Part shown: positions 12,044 to 25,582 of the stretch, in pieces
Layout: every line of letters starts with the position of its first letter
Position numbering within the stretch: position 1 is the stretch's first letter
DNA from: Callorhinchus milii
Lineage: Eukaryota
Assembly (NCBI RefSeq): GCF_018977255.1
Contig: NW_024704742.1
Span: 90,646,001-90,706,000 of the forward strand
DNA: 60,000 nt
Direction of reading: 5' to 3'
Program-made: the position numbers and the translations under genes
Notes under the pieces: model-generated
Database searches by the model: none
What the model was told of the DNA's origin: nothing
What the model saw: only the letters and a program-made list of their open reading frames with translations

Positions 12044-15000
12044 CTGAACAAGATGTTTGTAAAGAAAATATGAAGTAGGTCGTTGACAAATATAAAAGCC
12101 ATGGGTGCAGAATGAGCTGAAGAGGAACTGTATAATCTTGGTGTCTTTATATTATTGTTGTTATATGCGCAAGCCAGATTTGTACAGCAATAAAAAGCCA
12201 ATCATTTTCTATTCCATTAACATGCAACATAGAAACAAGTCTTGCAAGTTTTAATTATTTGATACATTTTCCAAATCTCTGAACACTGTGATCTAATATC
12301 CATTTGTTTTACCAGTTTTCAAAATTCATCTTAAACATTATGGCAAATGATTTATTTCTCGCACACCCATTAAATATGTACACAATTTACCCAACTAACA
12401 TAGAAGAAATGTTCTGTGACTGATAAAAAAAATACCATCAGGTTTTCTAAGAAGATAATAACCTTTTAGTAAAATATCTGGAGTTACTGCTTTACAATAC
12501 ATTAAAAGTGAATGTTTGGCATGTGTTTGAGACAATGAAACAACCATTACATTAAGAACATTTGACACCAAGATTTACATCACTAACACTGGCTATCATG
12601 AACAAGTGCCTGTACCAAAACAAATAGAGAAAATGGTTAAAACTGCCAAAGACAGAAATGTCAATGCCTGTGAAATCGTAGCATAAGATATTGAAATACT
12701 TTGGTAGTTAAAAGGGGACTCTTGTGTGCTTTGCGAAATTAAAACAGGTTTGCAGTCTACAGATATTAGATGCCATTTCTTGGCTGAACAAAACAATAAC
12801 AAAACAGAAAAATAGAATCCTTCATTTTCACCAGTCAATGTGAAACAATTCCAAATTGACAAGTATCTTTGTCAATTTAATTGTTCAAGTATTTTCTATA
12901 GCTGCTGCTGAGAACTATAGGATTTTTTAAAATTAATGTATTATTTTAATATTTACTTATAACTATGTACAAAATAACATGTAAATGCACAATTGTTATT
13001 AAAAATCCATACATTTCTATATTGGGACAGGCTTTCTAACTGCTAATCTTCATCGACACAATACTTTTTGTAAATTTTGTGAAACAGATTGATTCACTAG
13101 CTACTGCAGTACAGCTAGCAACTCCCGCAGGCTTGCAAGATTGCTAGACCACCAATCCAGGGATAATGTACTTTGGGTAATAAAAAGCATAAGGCACATC
13201 CAGAGGCATATTATGAAGAACTACTGCAGAAAGGAAAAGAATTGATGCATGAGGCTCAGGGTATTGTAAAATGCGGTAATGGGTGAATATTCAAAATCAG
13301 AAACTATTTGCTACACAAGTTTATTTTTTTTTGCTGCTCACACAAATTGTTTCTGAGAGAGCAGGGATGTATACACGTGCAACCATAAAGATTCATACAA
13401 TAATCTGCTCCGCTGCAAAGTAAATGTATTTTTTTCTGTGAACGGTTATACTGAAACAGCTTTTATTCCAGTGTAATTATAATATTATAACCAAACAAGG
13501 CAAAGGTAATAATTAACCCCAAAATAGCAGCTAAAGTTCTTACTGAAATACAGCTGACAGTTTGTTTGTTTACTGGTGCAGAAGTCCACAGAGAGGTTTC
13601 TTACGTTAGATACCGATTCATCAGTCTTGCAGAGAAAGAGTTTCAAGATTCTGAGTGTGGACATGCACATATCAAGAGTTCTTGTATTATCAAGTTAACA
13701 TTGGGAACTCAGGCCACACTGGTACAAATTAATTTTATATTTGTCTAAATACTTTTATTTTTATTCTTGTGCTGCATTTATGGGATAATAAACCACAATA
13801 ATCCTTGCATTTGATTTAGCCCCTCATCACATTGTTCAGACATCTCAAATTGCTTCACAGGATTTACTATAAAGTGACAGTATTTTGTAGGCGATGTATC
13901 AATCACCTATGTAGTTAATATACCAAATATGCTTGACAGTGTGTGGAAGCAAGTAAATAGGAAAATAAAATTACTCTGTATCGAGGAACATATAGTTAAC
14001 CCAGAGTAGATTAAATATTTCTCAAAAATTGCTGTAAAAAACAATTAGTGGATAACAACTAAGAGTAGGAACTGCAGCCAATTATTACCCTTCCTAGCCC
14101 AGGGAGGACAAAAGACCAATTATGCCACCCTACTGCTGCTTCAGTTTGGCTCAGCTAAATTAATAACTGGGACCTTCATAATTTCTACAGCTCAGTTCTA
14201 CAGAATGCAATCGGCATGGCCTCACCAACTATACAAGTGGGAAAGATATAAATCTTCACAAGGAACCAATCCCATTCTTTTTGGTAAGGAAAGATGACAA
14301 CAATAAAAATAGAATTACTCTGCATCGCAATGCTCTCTTCTAGTTATTTTGCCTTCACATAGAGTTGAGTACAAAGAACACCAAAATATTGTTCTAAAAG
14401 ACTTATAAAAGGTATTGATGCATGTAAAGTTACTATGTTCGACACAGCAAGTGGAAATTTTAAATCCTGGCTAGAATACATTGAAAATATGATTCCATCT
14501 TAAGGACATCACTTCCATTCCCGCTGAGCACATTTATAAAGCAACTGATAAGAGTTGGTCAGCAGTTCCTCAGCATTCTGGACTACAGTGATGCATGTCA
14601 AATTACAACAACAAAATTACATATACAGAGCGCCTTTCACGTCAGGAGGACACCCCAAAGCGCTGAGAATTTACACTTAATCATCCCAATTATTTTCAAA
14701 TCTGGACAAAAGTTGGATAAAATCCAAGATAGCGGTCAGTCACAGAACATTCCCCCAATAACTTTGAAATCATTTTTGTCAAGCAAATAATTTTATATCT
14801 AGGCATTGCTTCATCTGCATTCCACTGCTTTTTAAACTGAGAATGATAGGGCAATGTCCAAAATAGCTATTAGTAACACTTCATTTTTCTGATATTAACT
14901 ACAAATTGTGATTATCCTAATATTTTCAAAATCACTGAACAAAAGGTTTTGTGACTTTATACCAATAAACTTTCACCGCCTTCTTAAACCATCTTGTAAA

Positions 15001-15576
15001 ATCAAAGATGACTGCTAATACCATGGCACGCTGAGTAAGGAAACTTGCCGAGCATTTTGCCGTGCCTGGGAATCTAACTCCGGATTCTCTCGCTTGCAAG
15101 TAAAGTGCTCCAACCAATACACTGTAAGACTCTACAATAAAACAGATAATCATTTGCTCCACAATAATTAATATACACTGCTAAATTTCAGGTTTTAATG
15201 AATTTAATACTTTAAATGCAATGCTACAATGAGGAAACTGCAAAAGTGATTTCCACATTGAGTTAGCACTTTGCTCATAAGGCAGGAGATTATTTAGTTT
15301 CTGTAGATGGCAGCATAATTAAAGTTTTAAATTCTGCTATAGCTGCCCAAGTCTTTTTCAAACTGACATTACCAATGCTATTTACATTTTTTTTTAAAAA
15401 GTACAAATATGAATCACTGTGCGTATTTCAAATAAAAGACATTACAATATCTTTCAGCAAATGGATAAAATATCCTTTCATAGACCTATCTTCCAATTGA
15501 GTAAATAGGCTTACATTCTTCTTATATAAAGCAAATAGCATTTAATTTTCTTGGAATTATTAGTAGATGTCCTTTA

Positions 15577-15937
15577 GAGTCCTGTAGCTTAGCAGTTAGA
15601 GCGCTCACCTCGCAAGCAAGAGGACCTGGGTTTGATTCCCGGGCAGAGCAAAATGTTGGGCAAGTTTCCTTACCCTAAGCAAGCACAACCTGGTTGTTAA
15701 TTGATTGGCAGATCGCTTTTCCTGGGGTAATAATCCTTCAAAAAAAAAAATTTTTTAAATAATCATTTTGGTCACTCAATCTATGACTGTTTGTGGGACA
15801 CTGCTGTGCACAATTGGCTACCACGTTTCACCCACAAAATATACAATCAATTCACTTAACAGGTTATTGCGTGAAGCGCTTTGAGACGTCTCTAAGACAT
15901 GATCAGGAGATATACCAAATGCAAGGATTATTATTAT
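15577..15937 (+). mobile_element. Full-length SINE, second subfamily (different central segment)
   Basis: GAGTCCTGTAGCT head, centre AACCTGGTTGTTAATTGATTGGC, same core and (ATT)n tail. Confidence 0.88.
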
Positions 15938-16457
15938 AATAAGGTTGTGGTTAATGAGGGCATTCCATTACCATGTACCAATTGATTCCCAATGTTTTCA
16001 AATAATCACTGATGCAATGGTAACAATTTAATAAATGAGGCAAATTTGCTTCCATCAAGCCATCCAAATTAACAGGCTTCATCTATGACACAGTTTTGCT
16101 TATTCAAGGCATACTTTCAGAAAAGTATTCCACCAAAACGAATCCCTGAATCTAATCCAGTAAAACATTGTCCTGGTCAAGTAAAAACAGATGTCGGATA
16201 AGAAGTTTGTGCACCACCGAGGACATTTGTTCTAATTTAACAACATCTATTTTGCTTGCATCTGAAACTTTGTTAGGATACAGAGACATATGCATTATAC
16301 ATCAACAATCTAAAAGACTTTAAGTCACAATTAAGTTGGTTTCTACACGTGTATAAATTTTATGTCGTTTTGTGAAATAATGCATGGCCAATTGGTGTAC
16401 GCATCTAACAATTCCAAAATATTTATACCCGTTCTGCACAAATACTAGATCCATGCT

Positions 16458-16846
16458 TTATTAATAATAATCTTTGCATTTGATATAGCGCCTTAATCAC
16501 TTCTGATGTGTCTCAAAGGATGTGTCTCATAGAATATATTGTAAAGTGAACTGACTGCATTTATTTTGTGGGTGAAACGCGGCAGCCGATTGCTCACAGC
16601 AGTGTCCCACAAACAATCGTGGATTGAGTGACCAAATTATTATTTTTATACATTGTTTAAGTATTATTACTCCCAGAAAAGCGATCCACCAATCGACTAA
16701 AACCTAGCTCCTATTTACTGGTTGGTAAACTGAGCTGTGCGAAGAAAGGAATAAATAAATAATCCTTGCATTTCGCCCTGCCCGGGAATCAAACCCAGGA
16801 ACTCGCTTGGCGGGCGAGTGCTCTAACCACTACGTTACAGGACTCC
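16458..16846 (-). mobile_element. Full-length SINE, second subfamily, with internal rearrangement
   Basis: Head at 16846 (GGAGTCCTGTAAC), tail at 16458, same core. Confidence 0.85.
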
Positions 16847-17465
16847 AATTAACTTATTACTTGTGCTTTCACAAAGATTTATTGAGTTTCTAGATTTTAA
16901 AAAGTGTGGTACGATACAAATTATAACTAAAAAGCTGAACACATTTAATATACTGTAAAATAAGAAATTAAGTAGCATGATAGTTACACAGTTTTCAGGC
17001 AATATCATGGTTAACAAGTTTGAATACTGCAGGTGGATAGCACCCAAATGCAATTAGGTATGAATCATGAAGCTCTCAACTGGATGCTTAAATCAAACAT
17101 CCATTGGAGCTAAGTTAGTAGCATTTCTCAATCTGACAAAAATCACCCAAGCAAGTTGTGAGCACACCCTGTTGACCAAATCAGAGCCAGCACTGCCAGC
17201 ACCTTTTATGGGAGCTGGGGATAGGATAATGTGAGGGTGGTGGGCAAAGCATGAGAAATGCCTGCATTGTAATAATAAAATAATAATAGCAACAGTGGGA
17301 TTCATATGGTTCCATCATTGGAAAATAGTTACTTTAGCATTGAGATAAAACATCTAATTTAGCTTTCTGGAAGTGCTGTGACATAGTGCCCTATGTCGAA
17401 TTATACATTTTCAGATTCTTCAACAAGACATGTTTTTCACCAGCAAATCGCTGTTCCAATTATAT

Positions 17466-20400
17466 CACAGAATCGTACAGCACAGAAAGAGGCCATTCGG
17501 CCCATTGTGTCTGCGCTAGCTCCGAAAAGAGCAATCCAACTCAATCCCACTGGCCCACTGTCTCTCCATAGCCCTGCAATCTTGTCCTCCCCAAATACCC
17601 ATCTACTTCTCTCTTAAAAGTTGCTATTGAATCGACTTCCACCACCCTTTCAGGTAATGCATTCCAGATCCAAACAACTTGCTGGGTGAAAAACATTTTC
17701 CTATCCTCCCCAGTTTCTTTTAACAACTAACTTAAATCGGTGTCCTCGGGTTACTGACCCACATGCCAGTGGAAACAGTTTTTCCCGGTTCAACCTATCA
17801 AATCCTCTCATGATCTTGAAAACCTCTATTAAATCCCCTCTTTATCTTCTCTGCTCTAGGGAGAATAATCCTAGTTTTGCTAACCTCTCCTCATAACTAA
17901 GGTCCTTCATTCCTGGTACCATCCTGGTAAACCTCCTTTGCACCCTCTCCAATGCCCTAACATCTTTCTTAGAGTGCGGTGCCCGGAACTGAACTCAGTA
18001 CTCCAACTGAGGCCTAACCAGCATTTTATAAATATTCAACATAACTTCCTGACTTTTGAATTCTATGCCCCTATTTATAAAGCCTAGTATCCCGTACGCT
18101 TATTTAACAGCTTTATCCACCTGTCCTGCCACCTTCAGAGATATGCTCATGTGGGCCCCCAGGTCTCTCTGTTCATTTGCCCCAGTTTAAGATTGTACCA
18201 TCAGCTTATATTGCCTCTCCTCATTCTTCCTACCAAAATGCAACACTTCGCTTTCCTCCACATTAAACCTCATCTGCCACGTTTATGCCCATTTTACCAA
18301 TCTGTGTAAGTCCTCTTGGAGTCTGGTGCTATCCTCCTCACCATTAACTACTTTTCTTAGCTTAGTATCATCTGCAAATTTGGAAATTGTGCTCCCTATA
18401 TCCAGTCCAGATAATTAATATAAATCAGAAAGAGCAGTGGTCCCAAAACTGACCCCTGAGGGACAGCACTACACACCTTATGTGGCACTTTGTCAAATAC
18501 CTTTTGAAAATCTAGATAAACTACATCTACTGCATTACCTTCATCCACCCTCTCAGACACTTCATCAAAAAATTCTGTTAGGTTTGTCAGACACGATCTG
18601 CCTCTAACAAATCCATGTTGACTGTCCTTTATTAAACCATATTTTTCTAAGTGAGAATTTATATTGTCCCAGATTATAGTCTCCAGAAGTTTCCCTACTA
18701 CTGATGTTAGGCTGATTGGCGTATTGCTCTCAGGATTATCCTTCTGCCGCTTCTTGTACATGTGAGTAACATTTGCAACCTTCCAGTCCTCTGGCACCAC
18801 TCCAGTGTTCAGAGAATTGAAAGATTGTGGCCAGAGCCTCCACTATTTCCACCCTTGCTTTCCTCAATAACCTAGGATGCATCCCGTCCGGACCAGGTGA
18901 CTTATGTTGAGCACCGACAGCCTTTTTAGTACCTCCTCTCCGTTGATTTTTATCATATCCAATTTCTTTTCACACGCCTGTGATATTGTGGCATTGGTTG
19001 CATCGTTTTCTTTTGTGAAGACAGTTGCAAAGTTACTTATTTAGTGTATCAGCCATGCCCTCTACCTCAACAAGAAGATTTCCACTAGGGTCCCTAATTG
19101 GACTCACCCTACCTTTGACTAATCTTTTACTCTTGATATGCTTATAAAATACCTTAGAGTTCCCTTTTATGTTTCTTGCTAATCTTTTCTCCTACAATCT
19201 CTTCACCCCTCTTATTTCCCTTTTCACTTCTCCTCTTCTCCTATATTCTATTTGTTTATCCTGTGTGTTTTGGACCTGACGTTTGTCATAAGCCTCCTTT
19301 TTCTGTTTTATTTTAATCCCAATTTCCTTAGTCATCCAGGGAGGTTTCACTGTCCTACCTTTCCCCTTTGTGGGAATGTACTTGTTCTATCGAACTATCT
19401 CCTCCTTGAAGGCTTCCCATTGTTCGTTTGCTGTCTTACCTGCCAATCTTTCTTTCCAATCTATCTTGGCCAGGTCCCCTTTTAGCTCACTGAAATTAGC
19501 CCTCTTCCAGTTGACGATCTTTACCTTGATTGATTGTTGTACTTGTGATCACTGTTATCCAGATGCTCTCCTACTGAAACCTGCTCCACTTGCCCCACTT
19601 CATTTCCCAGAACTAAATCCAGCACTGTTTCCTTCCTCGTTGGGCTGGAAACATGCTGATCTAGAAAGTTCTTCCTGCACACATTTCAGGAATTCCTCCC
19701 CTTCCTTGACTTTACACTGTGTGTTTCCCAGTCTATGTTAGGATAATTGAAGTCCCCCATTATCATTACTCTATTGGTTTTGCATCTCTCCGAAATCTGC
19801 TTGCAGATTTGCTCATCTATCTCCTTCCCACTATTTGGAGGTCTATAGTAAATACCTAAGAGTAACAGTTCCTTAACTCTAACCAAATAGATTCAGTTTT
19901 TGGACCCTCTAACACATCATCCTTTTCCAAGACCGTGACCTTGTCCCTAATGAGTATTGCCACCCCTCCTCCTTTTTTCCCTTCCCTATCCTTCCTGAAT
20001 AGGTTGTAGCCAGGAATATTCAGCTCCCATTCCTGTCCTTGCTTGAGCCAAGTCTCCGTAACTACCACTACATCATAGCCCCATGTGGCAACTTGAGCCT
20101 GCAGCTCACCAAGTTTATTGGTCACACTACGTACATTTACACACATGCACTCCAAGTCCAGCTTAATCCGCTCTACATTTCTCCCCCGTCTCTTTCCACT
20201 TTTTGCTGGACTATTCCTTGTTTCATTTCTATTTGTCTCTCCTCGTTCACTGTGTAACTCATTTCCCCTCTCTGATGCTACATTCTGATCCCCATTCCCC
20301 CCTCGAAATCAGTTTAAATGCTTCCCCACAGCATTTGTTATCCTTGTTGCAATGACATTGGTCCCAGCCCTGCTCAGGTGTAACACATCCCTTGTGTACA

Positions 20401-21075
20401 GGTCCCATCTGACCCAGAAGTCATTCCAGTGGTTTAGAAACCTGAAGCCCTCCTTCCTGCACCATTTCTCCAGATAGGCATTCATGTGTTTGATCCTCCT
20501 GGTTTGGTATTCACTTGCATAAGGCATTGGGAGTAATCCCGAGATCACCACCATTGAGGTCCTGCTCTTTAGCTTCTTCCCAAGCTTCTGATATTCTCCC
20601 TGTAGGATCTCAGCCCTTTTATCGCCTACATCATGGATTCCGACATGGACCATAACTTCCGGATTTTCCCCTTCCCCCTGTAGTATATTTTGCAACCGTT
20701 CCGTGACATCATGCACCCTGGCCAGAGGAGTCCTCACCGGTATCCAGGACCGAAAACCAGTTTGTGAGTGCCACACTCTTAGGGGATTTCTGTACTGCGT
20801 GTTCTTTTTTGCTCTACGTCAGATGGTCACCCACTCACCCTTCTTCTGAGCCCTCTGTGGCTGTGGGGTGACCACCTCCTGAAGAGTTCGATCGATAATT
20901 TCTTCAGCCTCCCATATCCTATGTAGTGACTGTAGCCTCTCCTCAAGCTCAGCAACCCTGAGCTCAAGCAGCCGGAGGCACTTCCTACATATGTGTTTAT
21001 CCAGAACACATGAACCATCCTGGAGTTCCCACATGGCACACAGTGTGCATGGAATGGGTCTCAGCTGCCCTGCCA
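17466..21075 (-). mobile_element. Near-full-length degenerate CR1 LINE (ORF1 zinc-finger/leucine zipper + SGNH esterase; ORF2 APE endonuclease + reverse transcriptase)
   Basis: Fragments HICRKC..LELRVAELE, VHVG..DV...D.LHLSRAG, VTETWL...KGGGVA, YYRPPN...MGDFNYPNIDW, QHGFVRGRSCLTNL...YLDFQKVFDKVPH, VPQGSVLGPLLF. CR1 3' end GGGCCGAATGGCCT...ATTCTGTGAT. Many stops, frameshifts and deletions. Confidence 0.95.
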
Positions 21076-21591
21076 GGTTTTGATATTATGCTGTGATATT
21101 AAGTCATTATGTCTTTAAAGGAAAATATGTAATTGAAAAGGTTTGTTATCAGTATATAAACGCAATAAAACATCTTCAACAAATGTGTGCAGTTAAATTT
21201 GATTATATATTGTCATCTTATCCCATCTAATGCAAGTTTCGAGCTAATTTGCAAAATACTACTTTTTATGGTTAGGGAGTACTTGAGGTTTTATCCAAAT
21301 GAATGCAACAGATCGGCACTGACCATAGTGTCACTTTAATGAATGAAGCAGCCAAGTCATAACGGGCTTTTCTTTCTTGCTTTTCATTCTCAGCAGCTTT
21401 TCAAGTTTGCAGCACTAATCCTATGGCTTTATTGCAGGAAAGATTTATATGCCATCACATAAAGCTTGAATCTCAGCATGAATCTCTTTAACCTAGGCCT
21501 TTTCAGATTTCTGGTTCTCTGGCAAACTCAATAGTAATGAAATCTTAAAATGTTGTATATCCAGGACGTTCAGCCACTGACATTTTTGAGT

Positions 21592-21955
21592 ACAACAACT
21601 TGGATTTTTTAGCGCCCTCCACGCCGGACGGCATCTCAGAGGTCTTTACAGTTTAGGATCCTGGGACCGAGCCGGGGGAGGGGTGGGAAGGTGACCAAAG
21701 GCACGGTTGAAAAGAAAGGTCTTCAGCAGAGTCCTGAAAATGGGAAGGGAGGGAGCGAGATGAAGGGAGTGAGGAAGGCAGTTCCAGAGCCTTGGGGCAT
21801 AGTGGCTGAAGGCACGGCCGCCGAGGGTGCAGCGGAGGACTCGGGGGTAAGGAGGAGGCCAGACCCGGAAGAACGAAGGCAACGGGTACTGTGCTGAGAA
21901 GAGAGGTCAGAGAGGTAGGGGGTGCAGAGGAGTGCAGGGACTTGAATACGAGGGT
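21592..21955 (-). mobile_element. L2-clade LINE 3' fragment
   Basis: GGRAFSHYAPRLWNCLP...FRTLLKTFLF plus 3' tail. Confidence 0.85.
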
Positions 21956-22186
21956 GAGTAGTTACCAATCAGTTTCATTGACAAAGTTTCTGCAGTCACA
22001 ATGTACATTGGAAACATTCTTCTTACATTTCCAGGGTTTAATTTTATAAATATGAACCTGATGTGAAGATAAGCTGACTAAATTTTCAACTATTTGGCTG
22101 TATTAAAATGCTAACTGGCAAGTAGAAGTAGTTACCAAGGTAACAATGAGAAAAAATTAAATGTGTCATTAGTAGAAACCACTTGC

Positions 22187-22320
22187 CTGAGTTTGGTCAC
22201 ATCGGCATCTTTTTGGGTCAACCCTGTCGCTTTGATTGCAAGCTGAGACGACAGCTCATTATTTTTATTGTGCATGTCTTCTACTTCAATTTTGGTTGCT
22301 TTGAGGTCAGCCTTCAATAA
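22187..22320 (-). CDS. CNTLN: Centlein coding exon, 134 bp (LLKADLKATKIEVEDMHNKNNELSSQLAIKATGLTQKDADVTKLR), GC donor
   Basis: aataacag| acceptor. The donor AG|gcaagt gives the phase-2 junction needed by the next exon. Confidence 0.88.
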
Positions 22321-22489
22321 CTGTTATTGACATAGGAGAAAAAAACAAATTGATAAAAAACATCTGCAATGAAGACACAATTACCATATAGAGTACAGGA
22401 GTTCAAGATATTTTTCCAGGGGATCCAATGTAACCTGAGACTTGGTCAGACAGCTTTCTCGGTGTGCAATGGTTCAAGGAAACTCTAGA

Positions 22490-22780
22490 GGGCATCTCAA
22501 AGCATTTTACAGGATTCACTGTAAAGTGTAGTGACTTTGTATTTTGTAGGCAAACATGGCAGCCAATTTGTGCCTCACAAAGCCCCAAACAACTATGAAG
22601 TGAAGGACCAATTTTATTTGGGAGGAGTGTTGGGCAGAAACTCCCTTCTCTTTTTGAATAATGGCACAAAATCCTTCATGTACACCTGAACAGGCAGATG
22701 TTGTCTCAACATCTCATCCAAAGAATGGAACCTCCAACTTTATAGCACACTGCATTAAATTGTCAGCCTAAACTGTGAGA
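22490..22780 (-). mobile_element. Older Deu-domain SINE fragment
   Basis: Shares CCTGAACAGGCAGA, AACTCCCTTCTCTTTT.GAATA.TG and GCAGCCAATTTGTGC with the 42.1 and 51.5 kb copies. Confidence 0.65.
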
Positions 22781-23536
22781 TCAAAGTTCAAACGCATTAC
22801 TAGCAATAGTATATGGCACTAGAGAATGTCTTTTAAGCACTGAAAGTTTAGCATCATTGACATGAGGATGTGAAAAAATATTATGGAGTTTCAGCTGTAG
22901 CAAGGTGCAAAATGTCAACACAGGAAAATGCTTTGAGACTTCTGTCCAACTCATGTTGTACACTGGGGACACGAACAGTTCCAAATTCAACTGAAATCAG
23001 TCCGAAATGTGTAGTGCAAATTTTTCATCTGGTCAAATTTTGGGTGGAAAAACATAGAGGTAGCATATTAGTCCCTTTTTTAGAAATGTAGAATGTCATG
23101 CCGTAAAAAATTTGGTCTAGGTGTCGCATGTAGAAACTATCAGGCTCAAGAGCCAATTGCCTCCTTCCACCCCTCAACACAAAAGTTTAATAAACAATGT
23201 CATCAATTATTTTCTTGACTCTGTTGTCAGTTTTCCTTCAGCTCTCCCCATTCGTATGCAGGTAAGACTATCAACCTGCTCACAGAACTCTTCAAATGTC
23301 ACTGTATCCATAAGAGGCAACGTTTACCTTAGATGAAACATTAGCTTATTAGGTAATCTTTCAGTAACATTTGCTCATCAAATTAACTTTAAAAATTGAA
23401 TAGAAAAAGCCGGAATCAAATTATTAAAAACAAGAAAGAAATGGATTGGAAACTAAAGGCAAAAAAGATTCAACTGAGAAATAGGTAAAATTAAAACAAA
23501 ACTAAATGCAGATTTATATATTCTTTAATGTGGATG

Positions 23537-24127
23537 TTTGCATTCATCACCTCATGACTCGACTGTGGAAACTCCCTCCATGTCGGCCTCCCCAATTCTT
23601 GCCTCCACAAGCTGCAGATTATCCAGAACTCTGCAGCTCATGTCCTCTCTCACACCAGGCTCCATGACTCCATCATCCCCACCCTCGCCCGGCTCTACTG
23701 GCTCCCCATCCCTCAGAGGATAGAATTCAAAATCCTCATCCTCACTTTCAAGGCCCTCCATGGCCTTGCTCCTCCTACCTCTCTGACCTGCTAACCCCTA
23801 TCAACTTGTCCGCTCCCTCCGCTCAGCAGACTCCGGTCTGCTCCATGTCTCCCACCCTACCATCGGCGGCTGGGCTTTCAGCATCTCTGCCTCCGCCCTT
23901 TTGAACTCCATTCCACAATCCCTTCGCTTTGCTCCCTCTCTGGTCTCCTTCAAGGCATGACTCAAAACCTTCCTTTTTGACTTTGCCTTTAGCAGCCCTC
24001 CTATCTCTCTGCCCTCCCTCATCCCAACCCTGCACCCCCACTGGATCCCCGACTGTTCAGTGGCTTGGGACGTCCTCCCGACATGATAGGCGCTTTACAA
24101 ATGCAATTCTGTTGTTGTTGGTGGTGG
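23537..24127 (+). mobile_element. L2-clade LINE 3' fragment
   Basis: Degenerate RLD...IIQNSAAH...LHWLP...FKIL...APPYLSDLL coding remnants; ends GGCGCTTTACAAATGCAATTCTGTTGTTGTTG. Confidence 0.88.
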
Positions 24128-25402
24128 TAGGACATTGTGATCACAGAGCCCTTTGAATATATGATTTTAATATACAACAAAGATGTATAGTTTACTCGAC
24201 CATTTAATCATAATCATCATTTTCCTAACACAAGCTTGCATTTATAATAGCACCCTTTACGTAGGACAACATCTCAGAGCCTGTACAGTGGCAGGATTTG
24301 ATGCCGAGCAAAGGAAGAAAAGGAGCAGGAGGGTGACCAAAGGTGCACTTAAAAGTTTTTTGTTCAGCCTTCCTCCCTGAAGTCTCCCTGCAGCACCACA
24401 CATCCCTTACCCTTGCAATGCATATCAAAGCCTCTGTCAGTGTGCTTTGTAACCAGGCATCGGGGTCTGCTCATTTACCAATGGCCCAGTCACATTTCAA
24501 AACTTCCTTTGATAAACCCTTTAAACTAAAAACACATTTTTTAAAAAGAATTGAGCATAAGCATACTAGGTGTTTAGATTCCCACCAACATCTACCACAT
24601 ATTAACTGATAAAGATTGGTTTCTCAAAAAAAGAAAATCAAAGTTTAGACCATTTTAAAAATCCAGGAGAAAAGCTTAAATCTTCCGCAAATCTTTACAA
24701 CTTAAAAATATATCTTCATTATTGTAACGTTTTAATGATAATAGCATTATTTAACATAAAAACAAATATATAATAGCATTATTTAAAACCCCAAATTCTG
24801 TGCAAAATGTTGTAGTCAGTTCACAATAATATCATCCCACCCAGAAAATAGTTCAGGAAGGAGAAAGCGTCAAATTCCCCATAAGTAGTGTTTCAAATTG
24901 CATTTCCCCACAGCACTGCACAATACTTTGGCACATTTTGTAAAGGATCAGGTCTGTGAATAAACTGTAGAAAGTGGCAATTATTGTAGGTCGAGCTCTC
25001 TTCTAACATTAAGTTTTATATATGCTAATTGTGAGAACCCATCCTTCTATTAGAGTTGAATTGCAACATCATTCTTGAAAAAGTTACTTTATTACACATT
25101 ACTACAACTCAAAGGTCTCTATTGTCTTACAAGTAATAATAATGTACCAAGATGAAATGATAATGGGATCATGTTATATTAAGAATGTGACATACGCTGT
25201 TTCTAATATAATATTTTTAGTTGGTTTTCCACTTTGCAGTATTAATTTTTTAAAAGCAATGGATTTTAAGTGAATGAATTTAAATGAACACAAGACCCAT
25301 GGGGTGCATTCCACTATGTGACTTGTTATTAAAGAAAATTCCATGAAGCCACTGCAGATGAAAGCATCTTCGGAAATCCTACCCAAGAGCCCTTTCTCAT
25401 AC

Positions 25403-25582
25403 CTTTACTTTGGAGTCAATGCCAGACTTTTCTTCCTTCCACTGGGCTGCCTGTTTCTTTAGCTTCTCCAGGTCATTTAGCAGGTCAGAGCAGCGTGTGC
25501 TTAATCCCTGCTTTTCCTCCTCCAGATTTTTCAGAAGCACACAGGTTTGCTCCTCACTCTTCTGAGCACGTTTCTTAGAGTC
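25403..25582 (-). CDS. CNTLN: Centlein coding exon, 180 bp (DSKKRAQKSEEQ...STRCSDLLNDLEKLKKQ...IDSKVK)
   Basis: cacgtag| acceptor, |gtatga donor, open frame, KNLEEE...STRC.DLLNDLEKL motif. Confidence 0.93.
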
